Made by a program: the position numbers and the translations under genes. Below the pieces are notes generated by a model. The model was not told the DNA's origin, did no database searches, and was given only the letters and a program-made list of their open reading frames with translations. Shown one piece after another: positions 10,101-18,919 of a stretch of 64,000 nt of DNA. Source of the stretch: Chloroflexota bacterium (lineage in GTDB: Bacteria; Chloroflexota; Limnocylindria; Limnocylindrales; CSP1-4); the NCBI GenBank assembly GCA_021786385.1, contig JAJYNJ010000080.1, positions 195 to 64,194 of the forward strand, given 5' to 3'. Position 1 is the stretch's first letter; each line of letters starts with the position of its first letter.

Positions 10101-10159
10101 CGGCTGGCGCGCGCCCCGCGCTGCCCACGCCGCCGGCCGGCGCGCTACCCTGAACAGCC

Positions 10160-10963
10160 GTGGTGCTCCTCGGCCTCAAGCTCGTCCTGACGCCCCTGCT
10201 GATCGGCGGGGCCACGGTCGGCGCGCGGCGGTGGGGCCCGCTGATCGGTGGCTGGCTGGTCTCGTTGCCGCTCACCTCGGGGCCGGTGGCCCTCTTCCTC
10301 GCGCTCGACCGCGGCACCTCCTTCGCCGCGACCGCCGCAGACGCGTCGCTCGTGGGCAACGTCGCCATCATCGCCTACTGCGTCGCCTACGCGACGGTCG
10401 CCCGGCGTGCCGGGTGGCGCGCGGCCATCATGGCGGCCAGCGTCGGCTGGTTGGTGGCGGCGCTGGCCCTGCAACCGGTGCTGGCGCTTCCGGTCGGCCT
10501 CCTCTTCCTGCTGGTTGCCGCGGTCTGGGTCCTCGCGCTACAGGTCATGCCGGCCGGGACGGCGCGCCCCTCCGACGTGCCGCCGCCCCGCTGGGATCTG
10601 TCGCTGCGCATCGTCGTGGGCACCGCCGTGGTCGTCGGCTTGACCGCCGCCGCGCCCTACCTCGGTTCAACCGTCAGCGGGCTCCTGGCGATGCTGCCGG
10701 TGATCGCCACGGTCCTCGCGATCTTCACCCATCGCCGGGACGGCGCCGGCACCGCGATCGGCGTGCTGCGGGGCATCCTGACCGGACTCGTCGGAACGGC
10801 GGCGTTCCTGGCGGTCGTCAGCGCCTCGATCGTGCGCCTCGGTGTCGCGCTCTCGTTCGCGGCCGCGATCGCGACCGTGGTCGCGGTCCAGCTGCTGGCC
10901 CTGACGGCCCTGCGCCGCCAGGGCGCCACGGGCGTCGGGCAGGCTGGCGCCGGTAGGGCCTGA
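10160..10963 (+). CDS. Hypothetical polytopic membrane protein
   Basis: 267 aa with 7-8 strongly hydrophobic helical segments. Its last ~300 nt overlap, antisense, the 3' extension of the ydeP-like ORF. Confidence 0.5.
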   Translation: MVLLGLKLVLTPLLIGGATVGARRWGPLIGGWLVSLPLTSGPVALFLALDRGTSFAATAADASLVGNVAIIAYCVAYATVARRAGWRAAIMAASVGWLVAALALQPVLALPVGLLFLLVAAVWVLALQVMPAGTARPSDVPPPRWDLSLRIVVGTAVVVGLTAAAPYLGSTVSGLLAMLPVIATVLAIFTHRRDGAGTAIGVLRGILTGLVGTAAFLAVVSASIVRLGVALSFAAAIATVVAVQLLALTALRRQGATGVGQAGAGRA

Positions 10964-13294
10964 CGCCGCCCCGGCGGCTACGGAACCGTGCACCGCCGCT
11001 GGCAGGATCTCGACCGTCGCGTTGTAGTCGGGGACCAACGCGACCGGGTCGCGGCGGCCCGGTCTGATCAGCGGGTTCGCCTCGGGAAAGAACATCTGCA
11101 CGTTGCGCGGCCGGATCGCTGCAAGCCTGACGTGTGCCTGCACCTCGCCATCCGTGGAGCGCACCCGCACCGGATCGCCTTCGCGGAGCGCCAGCGCCGA
11201 CGCGTCCTCGCGCGAGATGAAGAGCGCGTCGCGCATGGCGCCGGTCAGCGGATCGCGTTGCTTGAACACCATCGAGTTGAACTGCTTGCCGCGCCGGGTC
11301 GAGAGCAGGAAGTGTCCATCCGGGATCGCCAGCTCGGGCGGCTCGACCGGATCGAAGTGCGCCTTGCCGTCCGGCGTCGGGAAGACCCAGCCGTCACAGA
11401 GGCGCTCGCCGCCCCACTGCACTTGGTCGCCGGCCCTGCGCAGCGTCTCGATCCCCCGGTACGCCGGTATCACCCGCGCGATCTCGTCGCGGATCTGCTG
11501 CCCGCTGCGGAACTCGACCAGGTGTGCCCGCTCCGGGTCGACCCTGTGGGCCAGATCGACGAAGATCTCCCACTCGCTGCGCGCCTCGCCGACCCGAGGG
11601 CCCGGGATGCGCGGGCTGAACAGGACCCGTCGCTCGGTCGTCGTTTCCGTGCCTCCGCCGGGCTGTTCGTAGCGCGTCCGTGCCGGCAGCAGCACCACCG
11701 CCTCGGCCGGGTCGACCAGCATCTGGGTGGTGACCACGATGTCCTGATGGACGCGCAGCGGCACCCGCGCGAGCGCCTCGTGGACCGCCGCCGGATCGGG
11801 CAGGACGTCGAGGAAGTTGCCGCCGCTCGAGTAGAGGACGTCCAGCTCGCCACGGCCCGCCGCTTCGATCATCTCGGCCGCCGACAGTCCCCGTTCGCCG
11901 CGCACCGCGAAGCCGTACTGGGCGGAGAGTCTCGCGGCGCTCTCCGGCGTGATCGGGATACCGCCCGGCAGCACGGTCGCGTAGCAGCCCATCTCGGCGC
12001 CGCCCTGTACCCCAGAGTGGCCGCGCATCGGCATCAACCCGGCCCCCACGCGCCCGACGTTACCGCGGGCCAGTGCCAGGTTCACCATCGCCCGCACGTT
12101 GTCGCTCCCGCAGACGTGCTGCGTGATGCCCATCGCCCAGACGATCACCGCCGATCCGGCCGCGGCGTAGAGCCGCGCGAACTGCGCCATCTGCGCCCGG
12201 GTCGCGCCGCTCGCGCGCTCCAGGTCGTCGAACGACTGGCGGTCCAGTGAGGCGCGCAGCTCCTCGAAGCCGCTCGCGTGCTCCGCAATGAACCGCTCGT
12301 CGACGCCACCTTCGGCGATGAGGAGCTTGAGGACGCCGTTGATGAACGCGACGTCGCCGCCCGTGTGCACGGGGAACCAGGCATCGCTCATCTTGGTGCC
12401 GAAGATCGCGCTCTCGACGTTGGAGGGCACCCAGTAGCGCTCCATGCCGGGCTCGCGGAGCGGGTTGACAACGATGACCTTGGTCCCGCCCTTGCGTGCC
12501 AGGTAGAGGTACTTCATGAAGACCGGCTGCGCGTTCGCCACGTCGGCCCCGAAGATCACGACCAGGTCGCTCTGCAGGACGTCGGTGTAGGAGATCGTGG
12601 TGGCGGCTACGCCGAGCGCCTTCTTGAGCCCTGCCGTGGAGGGCGAATGGCAGACTCGGGCCGCATTGTCGACGTTGTTCGTGCCGAGGAAGCGCGCGAC
12701 CTTCTGCGCGACGTAGTAGACCTCGTTGGTGATGCCGCGGCTGGTCAGGTAGAACGCGATCCGGTCGGGATCGGCGCGGCGGATGCGGCCCGCGATCAGC
12801 TCGAGCGCCTCATCCCAGGTGCTGCGGCGGAAGCCCGGCTCCCCCTGCCGCCGCACCATCGGGTAGGCCAGCCGCCCCATGTCCCGCAGCTCCGCCCCGC
12901 TCATCGCGCGCAGCGCCGCGACGTCCGCCAGGCGGCCGTGGTCGAACGGGCGCGCGGTGTTGTACTTGAGCAGGTTCAGGCGGGTCGTGCAGAGATGCAC
13001 GCCGTCGATCGTCCAGTCGTGGAAGCCGCTGACGCCGAGGGCGCAGCCATCGCAGACGCCGTTGCGCAGGATGCGCAGCGCGTACGGGAGGGCGTGCCGG
13101 TTCTCCCAAATGGTCTGGGCGATCTCGAGATAGTGGTTCGGTTTCTGCTCGCCGATCCCGTTCGGCTTCCAGCCCGCCCAGAGTTCCGGGGCGACGAGTC
13201 GGGGCCGCTTGGGCCCGCGCGCCCGGGGGGCCTGTGCCGGTCGCTGCCCGCCTTCCGGCATCCCCTCTGCTGCCGACGATTGGTGGATGGCCAT
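10667..13294 (-). CDS. ydeP: FdhF/YdeP-family molybdopterin oxidoreductase (formate dehydrogenase H-like)
   Basis: MopB-type molybdoenzyme with an N-terminal Cys cluster (CDGCALG, C…C) and the YdeP-like C-terminus PEANPLIRPGRRDPVALVPDYNATVEIL. Its ATG at 13294 overlaps the fdhD stop. The final ~95 codons before the stop at 10667 are low-complexity, charged sequence, so the true 3' end is doubtful. Confidence 0.8.
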   Translation of the reverse strand: MAIHQSSAAEGMPEGGQRPAQAPRARGPKRPRLVAPELWAGWKPNGIGEQKPNHYLEIAQTIWENRHALPYALRILRNGVCDGCALGVSGFHDWTIDGVHLCTTRLNLLKYNTARPFDHGRLADVAALRAMSGAELRDMGRLAYPMVRRQGEPGFRRSTWDEALELIAGRIRRADPDRIAFYLTSRGITNEVYYVAQKVARFLGTNNVDNAARVCHSPSTAGLKKALGVAATTISYTDVLQSDLVVIFGADVANAQPVFMKYLYLARKGGTKVIVVNPLREPGMERYWVPSNVESAIFGTKMSDAWFPVHTGGDVAFINGVLKLLIAEGGVDERFIAEHASGFEELRASLDRQSFDDLERASGATRAQMAQFARLYAAAGSAVIVWAMGITQHVCGSDNVRAMVNLALARGNVGRVGAGLMPMRGHSGVQGGAEMGCYATVLPGGIPITPESAARLSAQYGFAVRGERGLSAAEMIEAAGRGELDVLYSSGGNFLDVLPDPAAVHEALARVPLRVHQDIVVTTQMLVDPAEAVVLLPARTRYEQPGGGTETTTERRVLFSPRIPGPRVGEARSEWEIFVDLAHRVDPERAHLVEFRSGQQIRDEIARVIPAYRGIETLRRAGDQVQWGGERLCDGWVFPTPDGKAHFDPVEPPELAIPDGHFLLSTRRGKQFNSMVFKQRDPLTGAMRDALFISREDASALALREGDPVRVRSTDGEVQAHVRLAAIRPRNVQMFFPEANPLIRPGRRDPVALVPDYNATVEILPAAVHGSVAAGAASGPTGASLPDARGALAAQGRQGQQLDRDHGRDRGRERERDTEAHDRGADDRQERRRSDESGQDAPQHADRGAGAVPAMGEDREDRGDHRQHRQEPADG

Positions 13295-13295
13295 G

Positions 13296-14144
13296 TCAGA
13301 CCTCCAGCTCGATCCGCTCTGGGTGGGCGTACACGTTGAAGCCATCGCCTCGGAGGAAGCCGACCAGCGTCATGCCCAGCCGTGCGGCGGACTCGGCCGC
13401 CAGATCGGTGGGCGCGGAGATCGCGCAGGTCACGGGGATCCCGGCCATCGCGGCCTTTTGCACGATCTCGAAACTGATCCGCCCAGAGACCAGCAAGAGC
13501 GATCGGCGCAGCGGCAGGCGACCGGCCAGCAGCATCGCTCCCACCAGTTTGTCGACGGCGTTGTGGCGCCCGACGTCCTCGCGTGCGGCGATCAGGCGCC
13601 CCGAGGTGTCGAAGAGCCCGGCCGCGTGCAGGCCGCCGGTGGCCTCGAACGCGCGCTGGGCGGCGCGCAGGGCCAGCGGCAGCCGCAGCACCGCCTCCCG
13701 CGGGACGGTGGGGCCGGCAGGGAGCGGCTCGCAACGCAGCACCACCGCGTCGAGACAGGCCTTGCCGCAGATGCCGCAGCTCGCGGTGGCCACGAAGTTG
13801 CGGCCGGAGACCGTGTCGGCATCGAACGCCCGGGTGAGCCGCACGGTGACGACGTTGTCGGGCCGTCCGACCGTGCCCGGATCGCCGAGCTCGATCCCGA
13901 CGATCTCGCCAGGGGCGATCAGGCCCTCGGTGCAGAGGAAACCCGCGGCCAGTTCTTCGTCGTGCCCCGGCGTGCGCATGGTGACCGCCACGGAGACCGC
14001 GCACTGACCGGGACCCGCGACGCGGATCTCCATCGGCTCCTCGCCGGCGAGCGCGTCTGGGCGTGAGGAGACTGCGGTACCGCGGACGGCGAGCGTCCGC
14101 GTCGCGACGACGTCCCGGCTCGGCGAGGAAAGCTTGGCGGACAC
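13296..14144 (-). CDS. fdhD: Formate dehydrogenase accessory sulfurtransferase FdhD
   Basis: FdhD family with conserved GRHNA and the CGICG cysteine motif. It is translationally coupled to the downstream ydeP-like gene. Confidence 0.85.
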   Translation of the reverse strand: MSAKLSSPSRDVVATRTLAVRGTAVSSRPDALAGEEPMEIRVAGPGQCAVSVAVTMRTPGHDEELAAGFLCTEGLIAPGEIVGIELGDPGTVGRPDNVVTVRLTRAFDADTVSGRNFVATASCGICGKACLDAVVLRCEPLPAGPTVPREAVLRLPLALRAAQRAFEATGGLHAAGLFDTSGRLIAAREDVGRHNAVDKLVGAMLLAGRLPLRRSLLLVSGRISFEIVQKAAMAGIPVTCAISAPTDLAAESAARLGMTLVGFLRGDGFNVYAHPERIELEV

Positions 14145-14385
14145 CGCGCTGCCTCGGGATGCTTGGCCTGAGCGGGCAATCGGCTCAGCGGCACCGTCGC
14201 CCGATCTGGGGGCGAGCGGTGCGCCCGACTATAGCCCATCAGGCTCGGCTGTGCCGTCGGGCGCGATGGTGGGCGCTCGCCATGGCCGGCGGCGCAGGGC
14301 GCGTGCGGTGGGCGTGCCGCGCCCGAGGCGCCACAATATCCTGGAGCGGTCCGGTACCGCGCGGTCGACGGAGGTGGTGCGCTCG

Positions 14386-14694
14386 ATGGACGATCGGTCG
14401 GAGCCGGTGAACGGTCTCAGCCTGGACGCCTGGCTGGCGCTGCTGCAGGAGGTCCCAGGACTCGCCGCGCTCGAGGTCAGCCGCGACGAGCAGCGTGCGC
14501 TGCTCGACTTGACCCGCGTGGCCGCGCATCGCAGCGCGCGCGCGGCGGCCCCCATCACGGCGTTTCTGGTCGGTCTGGCGCTCGCATCGACCGAACCCGC
14601 GCAGCGGGCCGCCCGGATCCGCCACTTCACGGCCCTGCTCGAGTCGTCCGCCGTGGACGTGCCTGCCGCGCCGCCGGACACGGGCGGCGGCTGA
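14386..14694 (+). CDS. Small hypothetical protein (~102 aa), divergent from fdhD
   Basis: ATG at 14386 preceded by GGAGGTGGTG. The product is alanine-rich and helical (MDDRSEPVNGLSLDAWLALLQEVPGL…) with no recognisable catalytic motif. Confidence 0.45.
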   Translation: MDDRSEPVNGLSLDAWLALLQEVPGLAALEVSRDEQRALLDLTRVAAHRSARAAAPITAFLVGLALASTEPAQRAARIRHFTALLESSAVDVPAAPPDTGGG

Positions 14695-14721
14695 GGCGGG
14701 CGGGGGCCGAGGCGGGCGGAC

Positions 14722-15504
14722 GTGGCGCCGTCTGCCGTGATCGAGCTGCGCTGTTACGGGCCCCTGAACGACTTCCTGCCCCTGGCCCTCCGGGGGCGCT
14801 CGTTCCGGCGTCGGCTCTTCGGCACGCCGGCCGTCAAGGACGTGATCGAAGCCGCCGGGATCCCGCATCCGGAGGTCGAGGTCGTGCTCGTGAACGGCAC
14901 GGCTGTCCCGTTCGGGCACCGGCTCGCGCCCGGTGATCGGGTCGCCGTCTACCCGCCCTTCCGTTCGCTCGACCTGGACGCCGTGGTGCGCGCGGACCCC
15001 CGGCGTGTGACAGGCGGGGAGCCGCAGTTCGTGCTCGACGGGCACCTCGGCCGGCTCGCCGCGTACCTGCGGTTGGCCGGTTTCGATACGCTCTACCGGC
15101 GCGATGCCGAGGACGACGGACTGGCGCGTCTCGCGGCGGATGGACGCATCCTGCTCACCCGCGACATCGGGCTACTGAAGCGGTCCGCGGTCGTCCGGGG
15201 CGCCTTCGTGCGATCGGATCGCCCGGCAGACCAGCTCGTCGAAACCTTCCGCCGGTTCGATCTGGCCACCGCGGTCCGCCCCTTCGCGCGCTGCCTGCGC
15301 TGCAATCGGCTTCTCGAGCCGGTGGAGCGGGAGGCCGTGCGCGATCTCGTCCCGACCAGGGTCTACCGCGAACAGGCCGCCTTCCGGCGCTGCCCGCAGT
15401 GCGGAGGGTTGTTCTGGCGGGGCTCGCACGTCGCGCGCATGGCGCGGCTGCTCGAGCGGACGCTGCGGGCCGCCGCGGGGCCGGATTGCAAGCCGTTGCA
15501 GTAG
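14722..15504 (+). CDS. Mut7-C RNase-domain protein with N-terminal ubiquitin/MoaD-like domain and C-terminal zinc ribbon
   Basis: N-terminal MoaD/ThiS-like segment (IELRCYGPLNDFL…VLVNG) followed by a PIN-like Mut7-C core. A C-terminal C-x2-C…C-x2-C ribbon is present (CLRCN…CPQCG). Confidence 0.7.
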   Translation: MAPSAVIELRCYGPLNDFLPLALRGRSFRRRLFGTPAVKDVIEAAGIPHPEVEVVLVNGTAVPFGHRLAPGDRVAVYPPFRSLDLDAVVRADPRRVTGGEPQFVLDGHLGRLAAYLRLAGFDTLYRRDAEDDGLARLAADGRILLTRDIGLLKRSAVVRGAFVRSDRPADQLVETFRRFDLATAVRPFARCLRCNRLLEPVEREAVRDLVPTRVYREQAAFRRCPQCGGLFWRGSHVARMARLLERTLRAAAGPDCKPLQ

Positions 15505-15554
15505 CGGTATGATGCGCCCACTCGACACAATCGCAGCAGCGAGGTCCGCGTCCC

Positions 15555-16661
15555 GTGTCTACTCTCTGGCGAGTCGTCTCCCGTCCGAGCCCGCTGCGCA
15601 CGAGGATCGTCGCGATCTACGGCGGCCTGGTCGGGTTCACGATCTTGTGCCTCGCCCTCCTCCTCACGGTCGGGCTCCCATACCCGCAGCTGGTGGGCGC
15701 GGGCGTCCTGGCCTACACGCTCGGCCTGCGCCACGCCTTCGACGCCGACCACATCGCCGCCATCGACAACACCACCCGTAAGCTGATGCAGGACGGGCAA
15801 CGACCGGTGGCGGTGGGCCTCTTCTTCTCGCTCGGCCACTCGACGATCGTGGTGCTCCTCTCGGTGCTGCTGGCGATCTCGGCCTCGGTCGCGAGCGACA
15901 TCCCGACGCTCCAGAGCATCGGCGGTCTGATTGGGACGGCTGTCTCGGCGACCTTCCTGCTCGTGATCGGCCTGATCAACCTCGTCGTGCTGGTCGACAT
16001 CTACCGGCTGTTCCGGCAGGTCTCGGCGGGCGCCGGCTACAGCGATCAGTCGCTCGAGGAGCTGCTCCAGAACCGCGGCGTGTTGGCGCGCATCTTCCGG
16101 CCGATGCTGCGGCTGGTGCGCAAGAGTTGGCACATGTACCCGGTCGGGTTTCTCTTCGGACTCGGGTTCGATACCGCGAGCGAAGTGGCCCTGCTGGGGT
16201 TGGCGGCGACCGCCGGCGGCGAGCGGATTCCGATCGCGTTCATCCTGATCCTGCCGGCCCTCTTCGCGGCGGGCATGATGACGATGGACTCGACCGACCA
16301 GATCCTGATGCTGGGCGCCTACGGCTGGGCGTTCCTGCGGCCGATCCGCAAGCTGTACTACAACCTCACGATCACTTTCATCTCGGTCGTCATCGCTTTC
16401 GTCATCGGCGGCATCGAGGTACTCAGCATCATCGGCGACCAGCTCGGTCTGCGCGGCGGCATCTGGAGCTTCGTCGCGAACCTCGACTTCGCGGTGGTGG
16501 GCGTCGTGATCGTCGGGATCTTCCTCGTGAGCTGGGTCGGCTCGACGCTGATCTACCGGCTCAAGGGCTACGATGCCCTGGGGGGACCTGCGGGCCCAGA
16601 ACCGGCGGAGACCGCGGTCCCGGAGCCGGCCGAGGCGGGGCCGGCCGAGTCGGCCGCGTAG
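15555..16661 (+). CDS. High-affinity nickel/cobalt permease (NiCoT; HoxN/NixA family)
   Basis: NiCoT signature in TM2 (LGLRHAFDADHIAAIDN = HX4DH). It has 8 TMs and the GxxFDxxxE-like motif (GLGFDTASEVA). Confidence 0.85.
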   Translation: MSTLWRVVSRPSPLRTRIVAIYGGLVGFTILCLALLLTVGLPYPQLVGAGVLAYTLGLRHAFDADHIAAIDNTTRKLMQDGQRPVAVGLFFSLGHSTIVVLLSVLLAISASVASDIPTLQSIGGLIGTAVSATFLLVIGLINLVVLVDIYRLFRQVSAGAGYSDQSLEELLQNRGVLARIFRPMLRLVRKSWHMYPVGFLFGLGFDTASEVALLGLAATAGGERIPIAFILILPALFAAGMMTMDSTDQILMLGAYGWAFLRPIRKLYYNLTITFISVVIAFVIGGIEVLSIIGDQLGLRGGIWSFVANLDFAVVGVVIVGIFLVSWVGSTLIYRLKGYDALGGPAGPEPAETAVPEPAEAGPAESAA

Positions 16662-16797
16662 CAGCGGTCGCGTGGTGCAGCTCGCGTCGTCTCCGCCACA
16701 AGGGAGGGATCGCTTGCCACGGCGTACAGAAGGGCCCCACGCCGAGCGCCATCCGCGGGGGGCGCCGGCCGGCCCGTGGGAAGGGCTCGCCGAACGG

Positions 16798-17238
16798 ATG
16801 CGCGCCAGCGGCCTGCGCTGGACGCCCCAGCGCCGGGCGCTCGTCGCGGTGCTCCGTGAGACGAACGGCCACGTGTCGGCAGCCGAGTTGATCGAACGCT
16901 GTCGAGCGCGCGACCCGGCCACGACCCCTTCGACCGTCTATCGCACGCTCGACGTGCTCGAGGTGCTGGGCCTCGTGCGCCACGGCCATGGGATCGACGG
17001 CCGCGGCGAGTACCACGTGCTGCCGCAGGCCGAGCATGGACATCTGTATTGTCGTGAGTGCGGCGCGACGCGCGAGATCTCCGACGCCGACGCGGCCGCG
17101 CTGGTGGCCCAGTTCGAGACGCGCCATGGGTTCGCGGTGGACCTCTCGCACGTGACGATCGTGGGGCGCTGCCGATCATGTGGGGAGGCGGCGCGCCGCG
17201 TCCCGGGCTCGGCGGCCACGGCCGACCGTCAGCCGTAG
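16798..17238 (+). CDS. Fur-family metal-responsive transcriptional regulator (candidate nickel regulator Nur)
   Basis: Fur fold: a winged helix (TPQRRALVAVLRETNGHVSAAEL…TVYRTLDVLE) followed by a metal-binding H/C-rich domain (HGHGIDGRGEYHV…HGHLYCRECG…CRSCG). It sits immediately downstream of the NiCoT permease. An alternative TTG start at 16714 is preceded by GGGAGGG. Confidence 0.75.
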   Translation: MRASGLRWTPQRRALVAVLRETNGHVSAAELIERCRARDPATTPSTVYRTLDVLEVLGLVRHGHGIDGRGEYHVLPQAEHGHLYCRECGATREISDADAAALVAQFETRHGFAVDLSHVTIVGRCRSCGEAARRVPGSAATADRQP

Positions 17239-18074
17239 CGGGCGTCGCGCTCGCGCAGCGCGGCCACCAGCTGCGCCTCGGTGGGCGTGCTGCCCAGTCC
17301 CAGGGCCCCGCCGACGACAGCCGCCGGCGGTGGGTCGAGGTGCGTCGAGCGGAGGACCTCCCAGGCCGCGGGGGCGAAGACCTCGTCTGGCGTGCCGTCC
17401 GCCACGATGGCGCCCTCGCGCATCACCACGACCCGCTCGAAGGTCTCCGCCACGAAGCGCATATCGTGGCTCGTGGCGAGCACCGTCCGGCCCTCGTCCG
17501 CGAGACGCCGCACGACCTCCTCGACCAGGCCGAGCCCGCGCCCATCCTGCCCGGTCGTCGGTTCGTCGAGCGCGACGATCGGCGTGCGCATGGCGAGGAT
17601 CGCGGCCAGGGCGACCAGCTTGCGCCGCGAGAACCCGAGGTTGAACGGGTTCGCGTGCTCGAGGCCACGCAGCCCGACCGCCTCGAGCGCCTCCATCACC
17701 GCACTGGCCAGGTCCGCGCCGGTCAGGCCCAGGTTGCGGGGACCGAAGGCGACCTCGTCCGCCACCTGTTCCTCGAAGATCTGCAGGTCGGGGTTCTGGA
17801 AGAGGAGGCCGACCTGCCGGGCAATCCGCTCGACCGGCACCCCCGCGGTCTCGCGTCCACGCACGAGCACCCGGCCGGCGCTGGGGCGCAGCAGTCCGTT
17901 CAGATGGCGCAGCAAGGTCGACTTGCCGCTGCCGTTCTGGCCGACGATCGCCACCCGCCCGCCCTCGGGGACGGCCAGGCAGACGTCGCGGAGTGCCCAG
18001 GTCCCGTCAGGGTAGACGAACGAGACGCCTTCGAGCTCGATGGCGTGGCTCGGCCGGCTGCCCCCCGCACTCAC
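17229..18074 (-). CDS. ECF/cobalt-type ABC transporter ATP-binding protein (EcfA/CbiO-like)
   Basis: Walker A GQNGSGKST, signature motif, Walker B ALDEPT. The start overlaps the upstream ATPase stop (ATGA). Confidence 0.85.
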   Translation of the reverse strand: MSAGGSRPSHAIELEGVSFVYPDGTWALRDVCLAVPEGGRVAIVGQNGSGKSTLLRHLNGLLRPSAGRVLVRGRETAGVPVERIARQVGLLFQNPDLQIFEEQVADEVAFGPRNLGLTGADLASAVMEALEAVGLRGLEHANPFNLGFSRRKLVALAAILAMRTPIVALDEPTTGQDGRGLGLVEEVVRRLADEGRTVLATSHDMRFVAETFERVVVMREGAIVADGTPDEVFAPAAWEVLRSTHLDPPPAAVVGGALGLGSTPTEAQLVAALRERDARYG

Positions 18075-18919
18075 CGCCCCGCCTCCGCGTCGAGGCCGCC
18101 CGGTCCGGGGCGGAGTGCGGCCACCACCGCCGCCTCGTCGAAGCGCACACCGGCGGCGCGCGCAGCCCGGGCGATGCGGATCCGCGAGGGGGGCAGGATC
18201 GCGAGCGCCTCGAGCAGCCGGTCGGCGAAGACCGTCTCGGCCGGCCCGTCGCGCACGACCGTGCCGTGGTCCATCAGGAGCAGCCGCTCGCAGAGCCCGT
18301 CGAGCAGGTCGAGCTTGTGTTCGATCACCAGGAGCGCGGTGCCGGTCGCGGCGAGGGCGTGGAGAGCCGCGCCGACGAGCCGCGTGCCGGCCGGATCGAG
18401 CTGCGCGGTCGGCTCGTCGAGGACGAGGTGGGCCGGATGCATCGCGAGCAGCGAGGCGATCGCGACCAGCTGGGCCTCGCCGCCGGACAGCCGGCGTGGA
18501 TCGCGCAATGCCAGGTCCCCGATGGCGAGCCGCCCGAGGGTCTCCTCCACCCGCGCGACGATCTCGGCACGGTCGAGTCCCAGATTCATGGGCCCCAGCG
18601 CCACCTCCTCGAACACGGTGCTGCTGACCTGCGAAATCTGCGTCGCCGGGTTCTGGAAGACGTAGCCGACCCGCTGGGCCACCTCGTACCCGGGACGCCC
18701 GGTCATGCGCTCGCCGTCGACCTCCAGATACCCGTCGAACGCGCCCCCCACCACGGCGGGCGCCATGCCTGCGGCGAGCAGGCCCAGCGTGGACTTGCCC
18801 GCCTCGTTCGGCCCGGTCAGCCCGACGATCTCCCCGTGGCGGATCTCGACGGCCACGTCGTGCACGGCGGGCTCCCGCGCGGCCGGATAGCGGTAGCTGC
18901 GACAGACGAGGCGCAACAT
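18071..18919 (-). CDS. ECF/cobalt-type ABC transporter ATP-binding protein (second ATPase, EcfA')
   Basis: Walker A GPNEAGKST, LSGGE signature, Walker B LDEPT. Its ATG overlaps the stop of the T-component gene (TGATG). Confidence 0.85.
   Translation of the reverse strand: MLRLVCRSYRYPAAREPAVHDVAVEIRHGEIVGLTGPNEAGKSTLGLLAAGMAPAVVGGAFDGYLEVDGERMTGRPGYEVAQRVGYVFQNPATQISQVSSTVFEEVALGPMNLGLDRAEIVARVEETLGRLAIGDLALRDPRRLSGGEAQLVAIASLLAMHPAHLVLDEPTAQLDPAGTRLVGAALHALAATGTALLVIEHKLDLLDGLCERLLLMDHGTVVRDGPAETVFADRLLEALAILPPSRIRIARAARAAGVRFDEAAVVAALRPGPGGLDAEAGR

Noticed and set aside
9884-10153. 89-aa ORF with PTPPTPPTPP repeats
   Set aside because: It is the translation of the GCCCACGCC tandem repeat in a noncoding region. 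It has no RBS and an extreme R/A/P composition.
16714-16797. Longer Fur-family protein starting at the TTG at 16714 (GGGAGGG upstream)
   Set aside because: It would add a 28-residue Arg/Pro/Glu-rich N-terminal extension not typical of Fur proteins. The ATG at 16798 gives a canonical ~146-aa Fur. I kept the TTG as an alternative rather than the primary model.
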